The position numbers were made by a program, and so were the translations under genes. From sequence record OR545507.1: a DNA stretch of 64,000 bases. The stretch is one strand, 5' to 3'. Below the pieces are notes generated by a model that did not search any database, was not told the origin of the DNA, and was given only the letters and a program-made list of their open reading frames with translations. Below are positions 48,281-57,509 of this stretch, one piece after another; the stretch's first letter is position 1, and every line of letters begins with the position of its first letter.

Positions 48281-49720
48281 TTACATATTTTCTTCAGCAA
48301 ATTCTGCAAGTGGTGAACGAACAACACCTTCTAGTTCGATGACACGACAACCTGCCCAATCTTTAAACTTCTCAGTTACATATGTCAAACCACTGTTAAC
48401 AGGACTAATAAACTTACTGTCAATCTGACTCAAGTTACCCATAATTACTACTTTACAGTTTAATCCTGCTCGTGTCAAGATTGTTTTGGCTTGTGCAGGT
48501 GTAATGTTTTGGAATTCATCAACTACTAGAATAGTGTTGGTGAATGAACGTCCACGTACAAAGTTTAGTGCTTTAAATTGAATAACATTACGTTTCATAA
48601 TCTCTTCAATACTACCTTGAGGGTTAGCATCATCTTTATGAAGAAACTCTAACGCGTCAATTGCGGCTCCACAGAATGGAATCACTTTTTCTGCTTCTGA
48701 ACCTGGCAAGAAACCAATATCTTCAAACTGTGAGTCTTGAGTTTTAGAGAAGATGATTCGGTCGTATTTACGTTTTTCCAGTACTAATTCTAATGCAGTC
48801 GCAATCGTAATTAGTGTTTTACCAGTACCAGCAGAACCTAGCAGTACTGTTAGATGTACATCAGGATCGAGAATACTGTTGATGGCGAGTGCTTGTTGGA
48901 TATTCTTTGCTTTAATATCCCATACTTTAGCACGTAAAGCTACTGATTGTCCAATATCTTGGAATACCAAAATATCTTCTGGTGTTAGTGTTCCATCATC
49001 TTCCTCAATTGCTGATTGACCTTCGTACACAAATAATACGTCTGCATCATCATATAGATAATCCCCGATGCATAGATTTTGTGGGAGCAAATGCTCAATC
49101 AAGCTTTTGGAAATGTAATGATACAAACGACGACCAACTTGTTCGGATTGAATATTAGTATTGGTTAAGTTGCTATATACTTCCCAAAAATTGATTTCCA
49201 AATGGTGTTGACCAATGTGAATCAAATCACTATCACCAATAACAATATCATGGCGATAATCTTGTACCTCGACACCATAACTTAGTGCTTTGATACGCAT
49301 GTTGATATCACGAGTTACCAGTACTGATTCTGTTGCTAAAGCTACCAGAATGATTTTATCATCAGGTACTGTGCTTTTGAGAAGGGTTTGAACTTTCTCT
49401 TCTGAACCTTTAGTACGAATTAGTGCTTCAGCTTCTTCGTTTGTAATAACAAACAATTTGCTATCAGGATTCATATTGGTATGAACATCAGCAATATTAA
49501 CACCAGTACTACTAATCTCATCATGTGATGCATCTGCAATAATTGCTTCAATGTTACGAATAGCAACACGAGCATCGCGTGAAACATCTACATTACGACT
49601 CTTAATTGAATCCAATTCTTCCAGTACTGTAAATGGTAGAATGATTGCAGCACCATCAAAAGCAATAGATGCATTAGGGTCAGATAGTAGTACGTTTGTG
49701 TCAATTGTATATTTTTTCAT
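48281..49720 (-). CDS. phoH: PIN-PhoH family protein
   Basis: N-terminal PIN IDTNVLL...VLEELD; GSAGTGKT; GFLPG; RGRSF; DEFQN; GNLSQID; RSPLA. Confidence 0.92.
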   Translation of the reverse strand: MKKYTIDTNVLLSDPNASIAFDGAAIILPFTVLEELDSIKSRNVDVSRDARVAIRNIEAIIADASHDEISSTGVNIADVHTNMNPDSKLFVITNEEAEALIRTKGSEEKVQTLLKSTVPDDKIILVALATESVLVTRDINMRIKALSYGVEVQDYRHDIVIGDSDLIHIGQHHLEINFWEVYSNLTNTNIQSEQVGRRLYHYISKSLIEHLLPQNLCIGDYLYDDADVLFVYEGQSAIEEDDGTLTPEDILVFQDIGQSVALRAKVWDIKAKNIQQALAINSILDPDVHLTVLLGSAGTGKTLITIATALELVLEKRKYDRIIFSKTQDSQFEDIGFLPGSEAEKVIPFCGAAIDALEFLHKDDANPQGSIEEIMKRNVIQFKALNFVRGRSFTNTILVVDEFQNITPAQAKTILTRAGLNCKVVIMGNLSQIDSKFISPVNSGLTYVTEKFKDWAGCRVIELEGVVRSPLAEFAEENM

Positions 49721-49780
49721 AAAACATCCTTGAGTTATGAGTACATCCTTGTACTCGACTAATGTTATTGACTCGGATTA

Positions 49781-50083
49781 TTACATATTTGGTTCGTATT
49801 CAACATAGCAACGTGAACCTCGAACCTTTTCTTCCCAGCACTCCTGGTAAACAAGTTGACCAATTGAAACTGGTTCTCTTGATAGTCCATTACGTACTTC
49901 ACCATTTTGGGTTTTATACATAAATGAACATTTGGACTCGCTACATTGTCCTAAACTAACAACTTCTGCGGTATTGTAGTGAATGTTGGTACGCTTAGTG
50001 TTCTCGTGATACTGTCCGAACCAAAGAACTCCTGCACCTAACAGAACAGTACAAATAAGACTTTTGATGTGTGTTTGAATCAT
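49781..50083 (-). CDS. Membrane-anchored hypothetical protein
   Basis: N-terminal TM; four Cys. Confidence 0.6.
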   Translation of the reverse strand: MIQTHIKSLICTVLLGAGVLWFGQYHENTKRTNIHYNTAEVVSLGQCSESKCSFMYKTQNGEVRNGLSREPVSIGQLVYQECWEEKVRGSRCYVEYEPNM

Positions 50084-50400
50084 AATGAGTTAAATCCATT
50101 GTTTAAGTATGTTTCAATATTAATTTTACCAACAGGATTACTACTGTGAACAAAGTACTCAAACGGTTCTTTAATATTATTATCAAACATATAATCAATA
50201 AGAAACTTAGCAAAAGAATATCCAGTCTTTTCGTCTTCGCTCACATCACCCAAGTCATGGTCGAATGATACAAATGCTGGAATTCCATTTTCAATAACAT
50301 ATTCACATGCACTTTTAAAGTCACGACATACCACCATATCTTGGTTTGGATAATATAGATTTGCATCACGAATATCATCCAAAAACATTGAGTAAGACAT
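50080..50400 (-). CDS. Cyclic-phosphate-processing receiver-like domain protein
   Basis: FLDDIRD...SFDHDLG...KTGY...HSSNPVG. Confidence 0.75.
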   Translation of the reverse strand: MSYSMFLDDIRDANLYYPNQDMVVCRDFKSACEYVIENGIPAFVSFDHDLGDVSEDEKTGYSFAKFLIDYMFDNNIKEPFEYFVHSSNPVGKINIETYLNNGFNSL

Positions 50401-50409
50401 GTTAAACTC

Positions 50410-50961
50410 CTATAGATAACTAATTAGTAAGTTTTCTTTTTGAACCAGATACTCCAATTCTTGTTTTGCTGTACCGATGAAGTTCTGTGTCATAAGATTA
50501 TTATATCCCGCTTCTCGATTTTGTCCCTTAGAATAACGAGAAATATGACATAAATTTACACCAGCAACTTCTGCACTTGCATGTTTAGCATTAGTGTATC
50601 CATCTCTAATGTGTTTCAACTCGTCATAGGTTACTTCATAGCTAAAACTGTGACTGTTTGCACCTGGGTAAATTTCAAAAGTTTTGAGTGGTCGAAGATG
50701 GGAAACAAAAATATTGTAATCCATTTCTTCTTGAACTTCACGACGCAACGCATCTTCTAGTGAGATATCAGTACTTTCTACGGTTCCACCACATCCACCA
50801 AGAAGACCATCCCATCGTAATTGCAGTAATACTAAATTTACTTCTGGTATATCATTCAACTCATAGTTTTTGTAAGGGTTGCATTTTCTTGCAAAGAAAT
50901 AACAAAATACAAAATTTGCACGTGTGCCATATTCACCAAAGGGAACTTCTTTAACACTCAT
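50410..50961 (-). CDS. NUDT16-like NUDIX hydrolase
   Basis: LLQLRWDGLLGGCGG...SLEDALRREVQEE...NFIGTAKQEL resembles the NUDT16/X29 family. Confidence 0.7.
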   Translation of the reverse strand: MSVKEVPFGEYGTRANFVFCYFFARKCNPYKNYELNDIPEVNLVLLQLRWDGLLGGCGGTVESTDISLEDALRREVQEEMDYNIFVSHLRPLKTFEIYPGANSHSFSYEVTYDELKHIRDGYTNAKHASAEVAGVNLCHISRYSKGQNREAGYNNLMTQNFIGTAKQELEYLVQKENLLISYL

Positions 50962-51716
50962 TTCATACGTTCCTTAATTATAGTCTCTAGATGCGGTATT
51001 GCTTTGGTTGCTGGCTTGATAACTTTTTCATTAAACAAAAAATCATTATCATTTTTACGAATGTTAACATTAACACTATAACATGGTAATGCTGCTGCTA
51101 ATCTCGACCATACCAGTACTGTATCGCTACTACCAATTACAATAACTGTATCATTTTCATTAAGAGATTTCAACACATTATTTCGTTCTTCGTAAATTGG
51201 TAAGCGAATACCATCAACATAACGATGATATTCTCCAATCATTACTACATTTGGTTTAGCAAAAACATCATGTTTTGGTATGTATGGTTCGTATCCGCAG
51301 TTAATAACATTATAATCATCGGAATTGATACTATAATTTTCAATAACTTCGCACAAGTTTCCATGAAGTTTAAGCTCATGACCACCAATACGAGTATAAA
51401 GATCGTCCATGTTAGAAGTCATATGAAGGAAGCAATCACCATATTGATCTTCTAACGATTTTATAAAATAATGCATTGCATTCGGTTCGCATTGTCCCAA
51501 TTTTACACGTAATGTATTATAGAAAGAATGAACAACATGATATTTTGTAGTTAAACTAGCAATGTTACATACATCATTAATTTTAAATGTATCCCACAAA
51601 CCATCATCAAATCGAAAAGGTTCCATACCACTTTCAACAGAAAGTCCTGCACCTGATATAATCAGTAATCGCTTTTTACCTTCATTGCTTATAAATTTTT
51701 CTGATATCATATTCAA
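50958..51716 (-). CDS. Sir2/CobB family NAD-dependent enzyme, divergent
   Basis: SGAGLSVESG..FR, PN..H, SNMDDL, LHG, KPNVV.IGE, IGSS; no Zn-finger cysteines. Confidence 0.9.
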   Translation of the reverse strand: MNMISEKFISNEGKKRLLIISGAGLSVESGMEPFRFDDGLWDTFKINDVCNIASLTTKYHVVHSFYNTLRVKLGQCEPNAMHYFIKSLEDQYGDCFLHMTSNMDDLYTRIGGHELKLHGNLCEVIENYSINSDDYNVINCGYEPYIPKHDVFAKPNVVMIGEYHRYVDGIRLPIYEERNNVLKSLNENDTVIVIGSSDTVLVWSRLAAALPCYSVNVNIRKNDNDFLFNEKVIKPATKAIPHLETIIKERMK

Positions 51717-51913
51717 TCCTTATAAAAAACAATTAAATATATTGATAATAACAGAATGATTCCAATATGATAGGCATACATAAAATTATTATCTTTGTGA
51801 TAACCATTGGATTTCAAGTCCCTATATAAGCATTTAGCATTGTTATAAATTACAACAATAGAAAAAACTATAAAAAAACTCAAAACCCATTCATAAATTG
51901 TGTATGCCATCAT
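51713..51913 (-). CDS. Small membrane protein
   Basis: Two hydrophobic segments. Confidence 0.55.
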   Translation of the reverse strand: MMAYTIYEWVLSFFIVFSIVVIYNNAKCLYRDLKSNGYHKDNNFMYAYHIGIILLLSIYLIVFYKD

Positions 51914-51940
51914 CTATTCTCTCTTATAATATTAGTACTT

Positions 51941-52534
51941 TTAATATTTTAAAACATCAAACTCTTCGCTTACGCTTGTTACATTATCACTAACAATTTT
52001 AAAAATTGATTTGATACGTTCGTGTAGTGGTTTTTTAGATTCGTTCTCAACTTCAATATATGCTTGCATTGCTGCAATTGCATGATATGTCCCACTACCT
52101 ACTGCGGTAATTCTTGTTTTAGGTTGTAGTACTGAAAAGTCTTCTTGAACTTCATAGATTGTATGATTGTGGAGAATGATAAATTGTCCACCTCCTACAT
52201 CTTGTGATGCATCTCGTGCACCCCATTCTTCTTTAAACATTTGACGAATAATTGGAATAACTTTAAGAACCAAATATTGTGAAAATGTTTGACTAGCATC
52301 TTGTTCAGGTAAATTAAGGTTATAATTTAACAACTGACCCATACGAAATGATGTAGTATAACCCAATGCCATTACTTCTTTAGTTCTAGTTAGTCCATCA
52401 TCATGTAACTTGATAAATTCTTTCTCGAATACCTTTGGCTCAGTTTGAACAGTTTTTGTAAATCCATTGCTTCCTAACTTATCCCCAGCAATAAAAGAAC
52501 TTACTCCGTCAGTGTGTGCAATAATACAGGTCAT
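51941..52534 (-). CDS. HslV/proteasome-beta-like Ntn hydrolase
   Basis: True start MTCIIA (Thr2 nucleophile), IAGD, GYTTSFR, AVGSG. Confidence 0.75.
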   Translation of the reverse strand: MTCIIAHTDGVSSFIAGDKLGSNGFTKTVQTEPKVFEKEFIKLHDDGLTRTKEVMALGYTTSFRMGQLLNYNLNLPEQDASQTFSQYLVLKVIPIIRQMFKEEWGARDASQDVGGGQFIILHNHTIYEVQEDFSVLQPKTRITAVGSGTYHAIAAMQAYIEVENESKKPLHERIKSIFKIVSDNVTSVSEEFDVLKY

Positions 52535-52791
52535 AAAATAGCTCCAATTGCAAATAATGTTGTGTATAAGATATAAATTAGTGCTCCTAACAACATTAGG
52601 CACACCAAGTATGAAGTTGATAGTACATAATAAATTATTGCTTCGAATTTTGAATTGAACTTCATTGTAGTTGAATCAATAAAGCCATTACGATAATCTT
52701 TGTAAATGAAAACTGTTAGAAAAATAACTGTAGCATACATTACTACAGTAGCATAAAAAATAATAGATGTCAAGTTTTGGATGTTTGTCAT
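52531..52791 (-). CDS. Membrane protein
   Basis: Two TM helices. Confidence 0.6.
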   Translation of the reverse strand: MTNIQNLTSIIFYATVVMYATVIFLTVFIYKDYRNGFIDSTTMKFNSKFEAIIYYVLSTSYLVCLMLLGALIYILYTTLFAIGAIL

Positions 52792-52861
52792 AGTTATATA
52801 ATCTCAATATAATTAATAACAAAGGAAGTACATCATAATCATCCTGTTATTTTAATTATTT

Positions 52862-53485
52862 TTATTGTTTGACTGAACCGTAAAAAACCAGTTCTGGTTT
52901 TGTTAATATTACAACATCTTCACCACGAGAACGACTAACTCTAAATAGAACTTCTGGTGGGATTCCATTTGCTGCATATAGTGAAAAAAGGAAACCTACC
53001 TTTGTTGCCATTTCTTCGGTAAAAGTTGATAACTGTCTTACAGACACAAATGAATTATCACCATCAGTAACATTACTTTTAATCGAAATGTTATGAAGAC
53101 CCAGTACTGAGCGATTTGTCATATATCGCTTTTCGGGAGATACACTAAAGAATACCACAGTACATGCTGAATTGCAATACCTAGAAACAATTAAATTTAT
53201 CCCATTGTCTCTAACAAAGTTTGCCATTCGAATACCTGCATCAAAATCACCACCAGGAGATGTAATTGTGATGGTATCATAGTGTTCTTTATCATACAAC
53301 TCTATCATACGCTTGAGTGACCCATCTGTAATATCTGATATGAAATATACATTTCGGGTTTCAGGATTATACTTTATCACATTTTTACTTTCAATACCAG
53401 CACTGGCTGGAAAATTTATTAACAATAGAAACATTGCTGCTTGTATCACTTCAAGCCATAGTCTTTTCATATAACAAGTCCTCAA
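52862..53485 (-). CDS. Exported ClpP/crotonase-fold protein
   Basis: Signal peptide; ITSPGG...CNSAC...LGLH. Confidence 0.65.
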   Translation of the reverse strand: MRTCYMKRLWLEVIQAAMFLLLINFPASAGIESKNVIKYNPETRNVYFISDITDGSLKRMIELYDKEHYDTITITSPGGDFDAGIRMANFVRDNGINLIVSRYCNSACTVVFFSVSPEKRYMTNRSVLGLHNISIKSNVTDGDNSFVSVRQLSTFTEEMATKVGFLFSLYAANGIPPEVLFRVSRSRGEDVVILTKPELVFYGSVKQ

Positions 53486-53500
53486 TTTTGTTTAGGAAGA

Positions 53501-53508
53501 TATAAATA
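53501..53508 (+). promoter_or_regulatory. T4 late promoter TATAAATA on plus strand
   Basis: Exact consensus upstream of the only plus-strand gene. Confidence 0.5.
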
Positions 53509-53596
53509 ATATAGTACTTAAACACTTAAGTCAAACTTTTTCTGTACTTAACTCAAATTTTTAAAAATAAAACTTAAGGTGTACAGTTTATAACAG

Positions 53597-53625
53597 ATCA
53601 TATCATACCACTGATGTTTTGTCAA
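53597..53625 (-). promoter_or_regulatory. Sigma70 promoter TTGACA-17-TATGAT
   Basis: Minus-strand match upstream of 53485. Confidence 0.6.
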
Positions 53626-53695
53626 CTAGTTCATGGTGCATCTGATGTAAAAAACAAATATATTTCATACTTATATTTAAAAAAGGAAATAAAAT

Positions 53696-54073
53696 ATGAA
53701 AGCTATCGCAGCACAAGGTAAACTACCATTCAATATCGGCGGGTTTTGTGTAACCGCAGCTAATATAAACGGTGAATTGAAATATAACTTGAACATCTTT
53801 AATCAACGTTCTAGTTGTGTTTACGATCTCATTGATACTGATTTTAATGTTTATCGTTTTGTAACTATCACTAGTTATGATAAAGATAAAATTAGATTAG
53901 ATGCATCTAAAACAGCATTGGAAATTGCACCAACTCTAGCCAAAAATACTTTTTGTATTAAGATTGACGATAGTGCATTTGCTGAATCATTCCAGTTTCA
54001 TAAAATTAAATTGAGTACTGGGGCGATGAAATATCACCCTTGGGATTTGTATTATTGCAACCTCCCAGGTTAA
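53696..54073 (+). CDS. Hypothetical protein (only credible plus-strand gene)
   Basis: AAGGA RBS, ATG, ends at a bidirectional terminator; not antisense to another gene. Confidence 0.8.
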   Translation: MKAIAAQGKLPFNIGGFCVTAANINGELKYNLNIFNQRSSCVYDLIDTDFNVYRFVTITSYDKDKIRLDASKTALEIAPTLAKNTFCIKIDDSAFAESFQFHKIKLSTGAMKYHPWDLYYCNLPG

Positions 54074-54074
54074 C

Positions 54075-54102
54075 AAAAAAGGAGCCTTGTGGCTCCTTTT
54101 TT
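54075..54102. terminator. Bidirectional rho-independent terminator
   Basis: AAAAAAGGAGCC-ttgt-GGCTCCTTTTTT between convergent genes. Confidence 0.9.
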
Positions 54103-54359
54103 TATTCTACAGTATTAAGCTTCTGACAAATCATATCAGCTTCTACTCGGTCTTTATAATAAATGGTAAATCCAAATCTACTTGTTACCCTTTTCTCACT
54201 ACGGTGTATACAGTTTACAATATAGTACTTATTATTTTGTGCAGAAAAACGAACTTCATAATTTCGAAAAGAAGTATTAGGTTCATCCATAGCAACTATA
54301 TATAACATAAAAATAAAAAACACTGTTATTAGAAAAGCAATAATAATTATTACTGTCAT
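54102..54359 (-). CDS. Membrane-anchored hypothetical protein
   Basis: N-terminal TM. Confidence 0.6.
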   Translation of the reverse strand: MTVIIIIAFLITVFFIFMLYIVAMDEPNTSFRNYEVRFSAQNNKYYIVNCIHRSEKRVTSRFGFTIYYKDRVEADMICQKLNTVE

Positions 54360-54835
54360 TTATCAAGACCCTTATCATAAATGCAATTAACAATAATTCC
54401 AGCATCTTCCAGTACTTTAATAGCTTCTGGTGGTGTACGAGGATAATTTTTGAGATAAATTACACGTGAAATCCCACTACCTGCGATCAACTTAGAACAA
54501 GTATAACATGGTTGTAGTGTTGTGTAAAGAGTAGCACCTTGACGTTCAGTAGGAGAACTATAGAGTAAAGCGTTCATTTCAGCATGGATTTCATGAATAT
54601 TACTCCACTCATGATGTTCATGCTTTGCTTCATCACTAACCCAGTCTTGAAAACGTCCATCATTGACTAAGTGTTGATTCACATCACAACAATTTGGTTG
54701 TTTTGATGGAGTACCATTGTATCCAGTACTCAATACTCGGTTATTTTTAACAATAACACAACCAACTTTTTGTGAAATACATTTACTTTCCTCAGCAACT
54801 ACTTCTGCTATCTTCAACCAAGTCGTATGTTTCAT
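54356..54835 (-). CDS. cd: dCMP deaminase
   Basis: SKCISQKVGCVIV...STGYNGTP...HAEMNAL...TTLQPCYTC. Confidence 0.95.
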   Translation of the reverse strand: MKHTTWLKIAEVVAEESKCISQKVGCVIVKNNRVLSTGYNGTPSKQPNCCDVNQHLVNDGRFQDWVSDEAKHEHHEWSNIHEIHAEMNALLYSSPTERQGATLYTTLQPCYTCSKLIAGSGISRVIYLKNYPRTPPEAIKVLEDAGIIVNCIYDKGLDK

Positions 54836-55316
54836 TATAAGCTCCAATACTTAACAATGCGTTTTTACACAAATCATGAATTTTCATAACTCGAATATAG
54901 TTTAACACATCTGTTTCATTAATTTCAAATGGTTTATCTGCATATGTAGACCACGTTTGATTTAATTCAATAACAAATGTAATTTTATCTGTATCCATAA
55001 TATTATCACAAAATCTACGAAAATCTTGCTCTTCATCGGAAAGTCTGAAATTTAAATCATTTTTTAAACCATTAACTGTGAAGCAAATACCAGTACTGTA
55101 ACCGATGCAAATATCTTCAATATCATATAATCCATAAATTAATTTAGAGATAAACGTGCTATATTTGTTTCTATGATAATAGTTTAATATTTCTTGTTTA
55201 ATATTAATTTCAATATCAGTAGTTTTTTGTAATGTAAGTTTAATTAATTCTAATGTCTTGATTATGTTATCTAACCAGATATTAGTATCATCTATACTTA
55301 GGTGTGTGTATTTCAT
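54792..55316 (-). CDS. Hypothetical protein
   Basis: Probable paralog of 55288..55842. Confidence 0.6.
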   Translation of the reverse strand: MKYTHLSIDDTNIWLDNIIKTLELIKLTLQKTTDIEINIKQEILNYYHRNKYSTFISKLIYGLYDIEDICIGYSTGICFTVNGLKNDLNFRLSDEEQDFRRFCDNIMDTDKITFVIELNQTWSTYADKPFEINETDVLNYIRVMKIHDLCKNALLSIGAYNETYDLVEDSRSSC

Positions 55317-55842
55317 TATGTCCCTCTAGATTCCAATCATCAACGAGTTTAGAACAAACTTCCATATGATTATAGTACTTTTCATCCAATACATACGGTT
55401 TATTATGATATTGTCGTACATCAGTGAATATATCATAATTTCTATATATGAATGACATATTTTTATGCATTAATTCTATAGTTTTCCAAATTTTCTCAAT
55501 ATCATATAGAATTGTTTCTAATGACAAACCTGTTAACTTGGAAATTCTTTCAACTTTAAACCCTGATAACATCATAGTACTGTTGTGTTTAGTTAAGTAA
55601 CTATATCCAATAGAACTATGTATTAACTCAATACTATCAGTGTATGTGATTGTTTTTAGAAATGATTTTATATTTCTATTAAACCAATACCACTTTTTGT
55701 TTTTATTATAACAACTATACCATTTCTTCAATATATCAATTGCTTCAGAATTAATTTTTAAAGCAAATTCATCAATTAAAAACATATGATGGTAAAAAAT
55801 ATCACTTTGTTCTTCAGTTAAATTATATTGCTGCATATTCAC
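55288..55842 (-). CDS. Hypothetical protein
   Basis: Probable paralog of 54792..55316. Confidence 0.6.
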   Translation of the reverse strand: MNMQQYNLTEEQSDIFYHHMFLIDEFALKINSEAIDILKKWYSCYNKNKKWYWFNRNIKSFLKTITYTDSIELIHSSIGYSYLTKHNSTMMLSGFKVERISKLTGLSLETILYDIEKIWKTIELMHKNMSFIYRNYDIFTDVRQYHNKPYVLDEKYYNHMEVCSKLVDDWNLEGHNEIHTPKYR

Positions 55843-55924
55843 CTACCCTAGTAACAATGATTCCTTGGGTATTTAGCTCATATAGATCAAAATATGATCA
55901 ATGGAAAATTGATATACAGCAATA

Positions 55925-55954
55925 AAAATAGGAATCCCATGATAGGATTCCTTT
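55925..55954 (-). terminator. Rho-independent terminator
   Basis: AGGAATCC...GGATTCCT hairpin with T-rich tail. Confidence 0.7.
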
Positions 55955-55962
55955 TCACAATA

Positions 55963-56409
55963 TTATTTTTGATATGGGGTGTACTGATATTTTTCACAAT
56001 CAGAAACAGTTAGAACACCTTCATCATAACCATATTGAAGTACAAGGTCAAATGCTTTATCAACCATAGCAACAACATCTTTATAACGAACAATCTTATG
56101 AGATTGATTCTCAACTGCTTTCATAATCCCCATTAGCAACCAGCGACCTTCATCGGTGTGTAATTTAGCAAAGCGTGGACGCTTTGTCGCTGCCATAATA
56201 TCAGTCCATTCAGCTTTAAAAATGTGTGGACGTTTTGGAATATCATATAGTGTAGTAGGGAAAGTTACATTATTTTTCTTCATTGCTTCTGCTTGTGCTG
56301 CACGATAGCCCTGACGATATAATGGATGCTGCATTTTTAGCTGTTCAGCACTTAGAACTACTTTTGCTTTGTATGCGTCATAACCATCTTTATATTGTGC
56401 ATTGGACAT
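55963..56409 (-). CDS. Hypothetical protein
   Basis: 148-aa ORF. Confidence 0.7.
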   Translation of the reverse strand: MSNAQYKDGYDAYKAKVVLSAEQLKMQHPLYRQGYRAAQAEAMKKNNVTFPTTLYDIPKRPHIFKAEWTDIMAATKRPRFAKLHTDEGRWLLMGIMKAVENQSHKIVRYKDVVAMVDKAFDLVLQYGYDEGVLTVSDCEKYQYTPYQK

Positions 56410-56410
56410 A

Positions 56411-56701
56411 TTATTCTTTTACCTCATCAGTTTGAATGTATTTTTTGTCAGAGAATGTACCGTGTTCTTTACGCACAGCTTCTGCATGTTGAACCGCATC
56501 AACTGGATTAATGTTCTTTTTAATTAGTACTTCATTCATTAATTCAAGTACAATTGCAAAACCATTCAGCACACGCTCAGATTCATCTACATTTTTTAAT
56601 TCAAGTGCTACTGCACTAATTTGATCGAACGCAACATTAATAAAATCGGAATCTTCTAATACATTTGCTACTTCCGTATTATTACGTACTAGTACTTTCA
56701 T
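56411..56701 (-). CDS. Hypothetical protein
   Basis: GGAG RBS before MKVLVRNN. Confidence 0.65.
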   Translation of the reverse strand: MKVLVRNNTEVANVLEDSDFINVAFDQISAVALELKNVDESERVLNGFAIVLELMNEVLIKKNINPVDAVQHAEAVRKEHGTFSDKKYIQTDEVKE

Positions 56702-56749
56702 ATAATCTCCACAAAGATGATGCCCCATATTGAGGCATCAAAATCTATC

Positions 56750-57445
56750 TTACACCCACTCTTCTACACCACCGCGACGCTTAACTAAGTACTTGCCTTC
56801 TTCGTTACGTGGACCAAGAATAATACCATCAATGAAACCATGTTCACCATATTCAAGTGCTTCTTCTGCATTTAACCACAAATCGCGGTCAGCATCTTTT
56901 AGTAATTGTTCATGTGATACACCTACAGCTTCTGCAATTTCTTTGGTCAACAATGTATTCAGTGCATCAGAATGTTGTAGGGAAATCTTCTGGTCTGTAA
57001 TTAGACCTTGTGTACCAGAACTTACTTGGTGACACATGAAGTATGAGCGTTTACCACCTAAACGGAAACCTTTAGTCCCAATAACAGATTGTGTATAGCA
57101 ACCCATTGATGCTGCATAGCCCATTACTACAGTGCGAATTGGCGAAATACAAGACTTAGCAACATCTGCAATACCCAAACCTGCGTGTACTGAACCACCC
57201 GGTGAACTAATGTAGAATGTAATAGGGGAATCACCTTGTGAGTCTAACCATACCAATTGTTGTTTGATGATATGTGCCATTTGATCATTGAAATCAGTAT
57301 CAAGGAAAATGATACGGTCTTGCATCATACGAGATGCTAGATCATATGTACGTTCTGAACCATTAACTTTCTCAACTACGTAAGGAATAGAAATGTTACG
57401 TACTTCGCCATTAGCATAACCACCAAACATGAATTGTTCAACCAT
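56750..57445 (-). CDS. clpP: ClpP protease proteolytic subunit
   Basis: YDLASRMMQDRIIFL, ISSPGGSV, AASMG (Ser), MCHQ (His), DRDLWL (Asp). Confidence 0.92.
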   Translation of the reverse strand: MVEQFMFGGYANGEVRNISIPYVVEKVNGSERTYDLASRMMQDRIIFLDTDFNDQMAHIIKQQLVWLDSQGDSPITFYISSPGGSVHAGLGIADVAKSCISPIRTVVMGYAASMGCYTQSVIGTKGFRLGGKRSYFMCHQVSSGTQGLITDQKISLQHSDALNTLLTKEIAEAVGVSHEQLLKDADRDLWLNAEEALEYGEHGFIDGIILGPRNEEGKYLVKRRGGVEEWV

Positions 57446-57479
57446 TATTAATTTCCTCTATTATTTCGTTGTTGTGAGT

Positions 57480-57507
57480 ATTATATCACTAAGATTTAAA
57501 ATGTCCA
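57480..57507 (-). promoter_or_regulatory. Promoter TGGACA-16-TGATATAAT
   Basis: Upstream of clpP. Confidence 0.6.
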
Positions 57508-57509
57508 AA

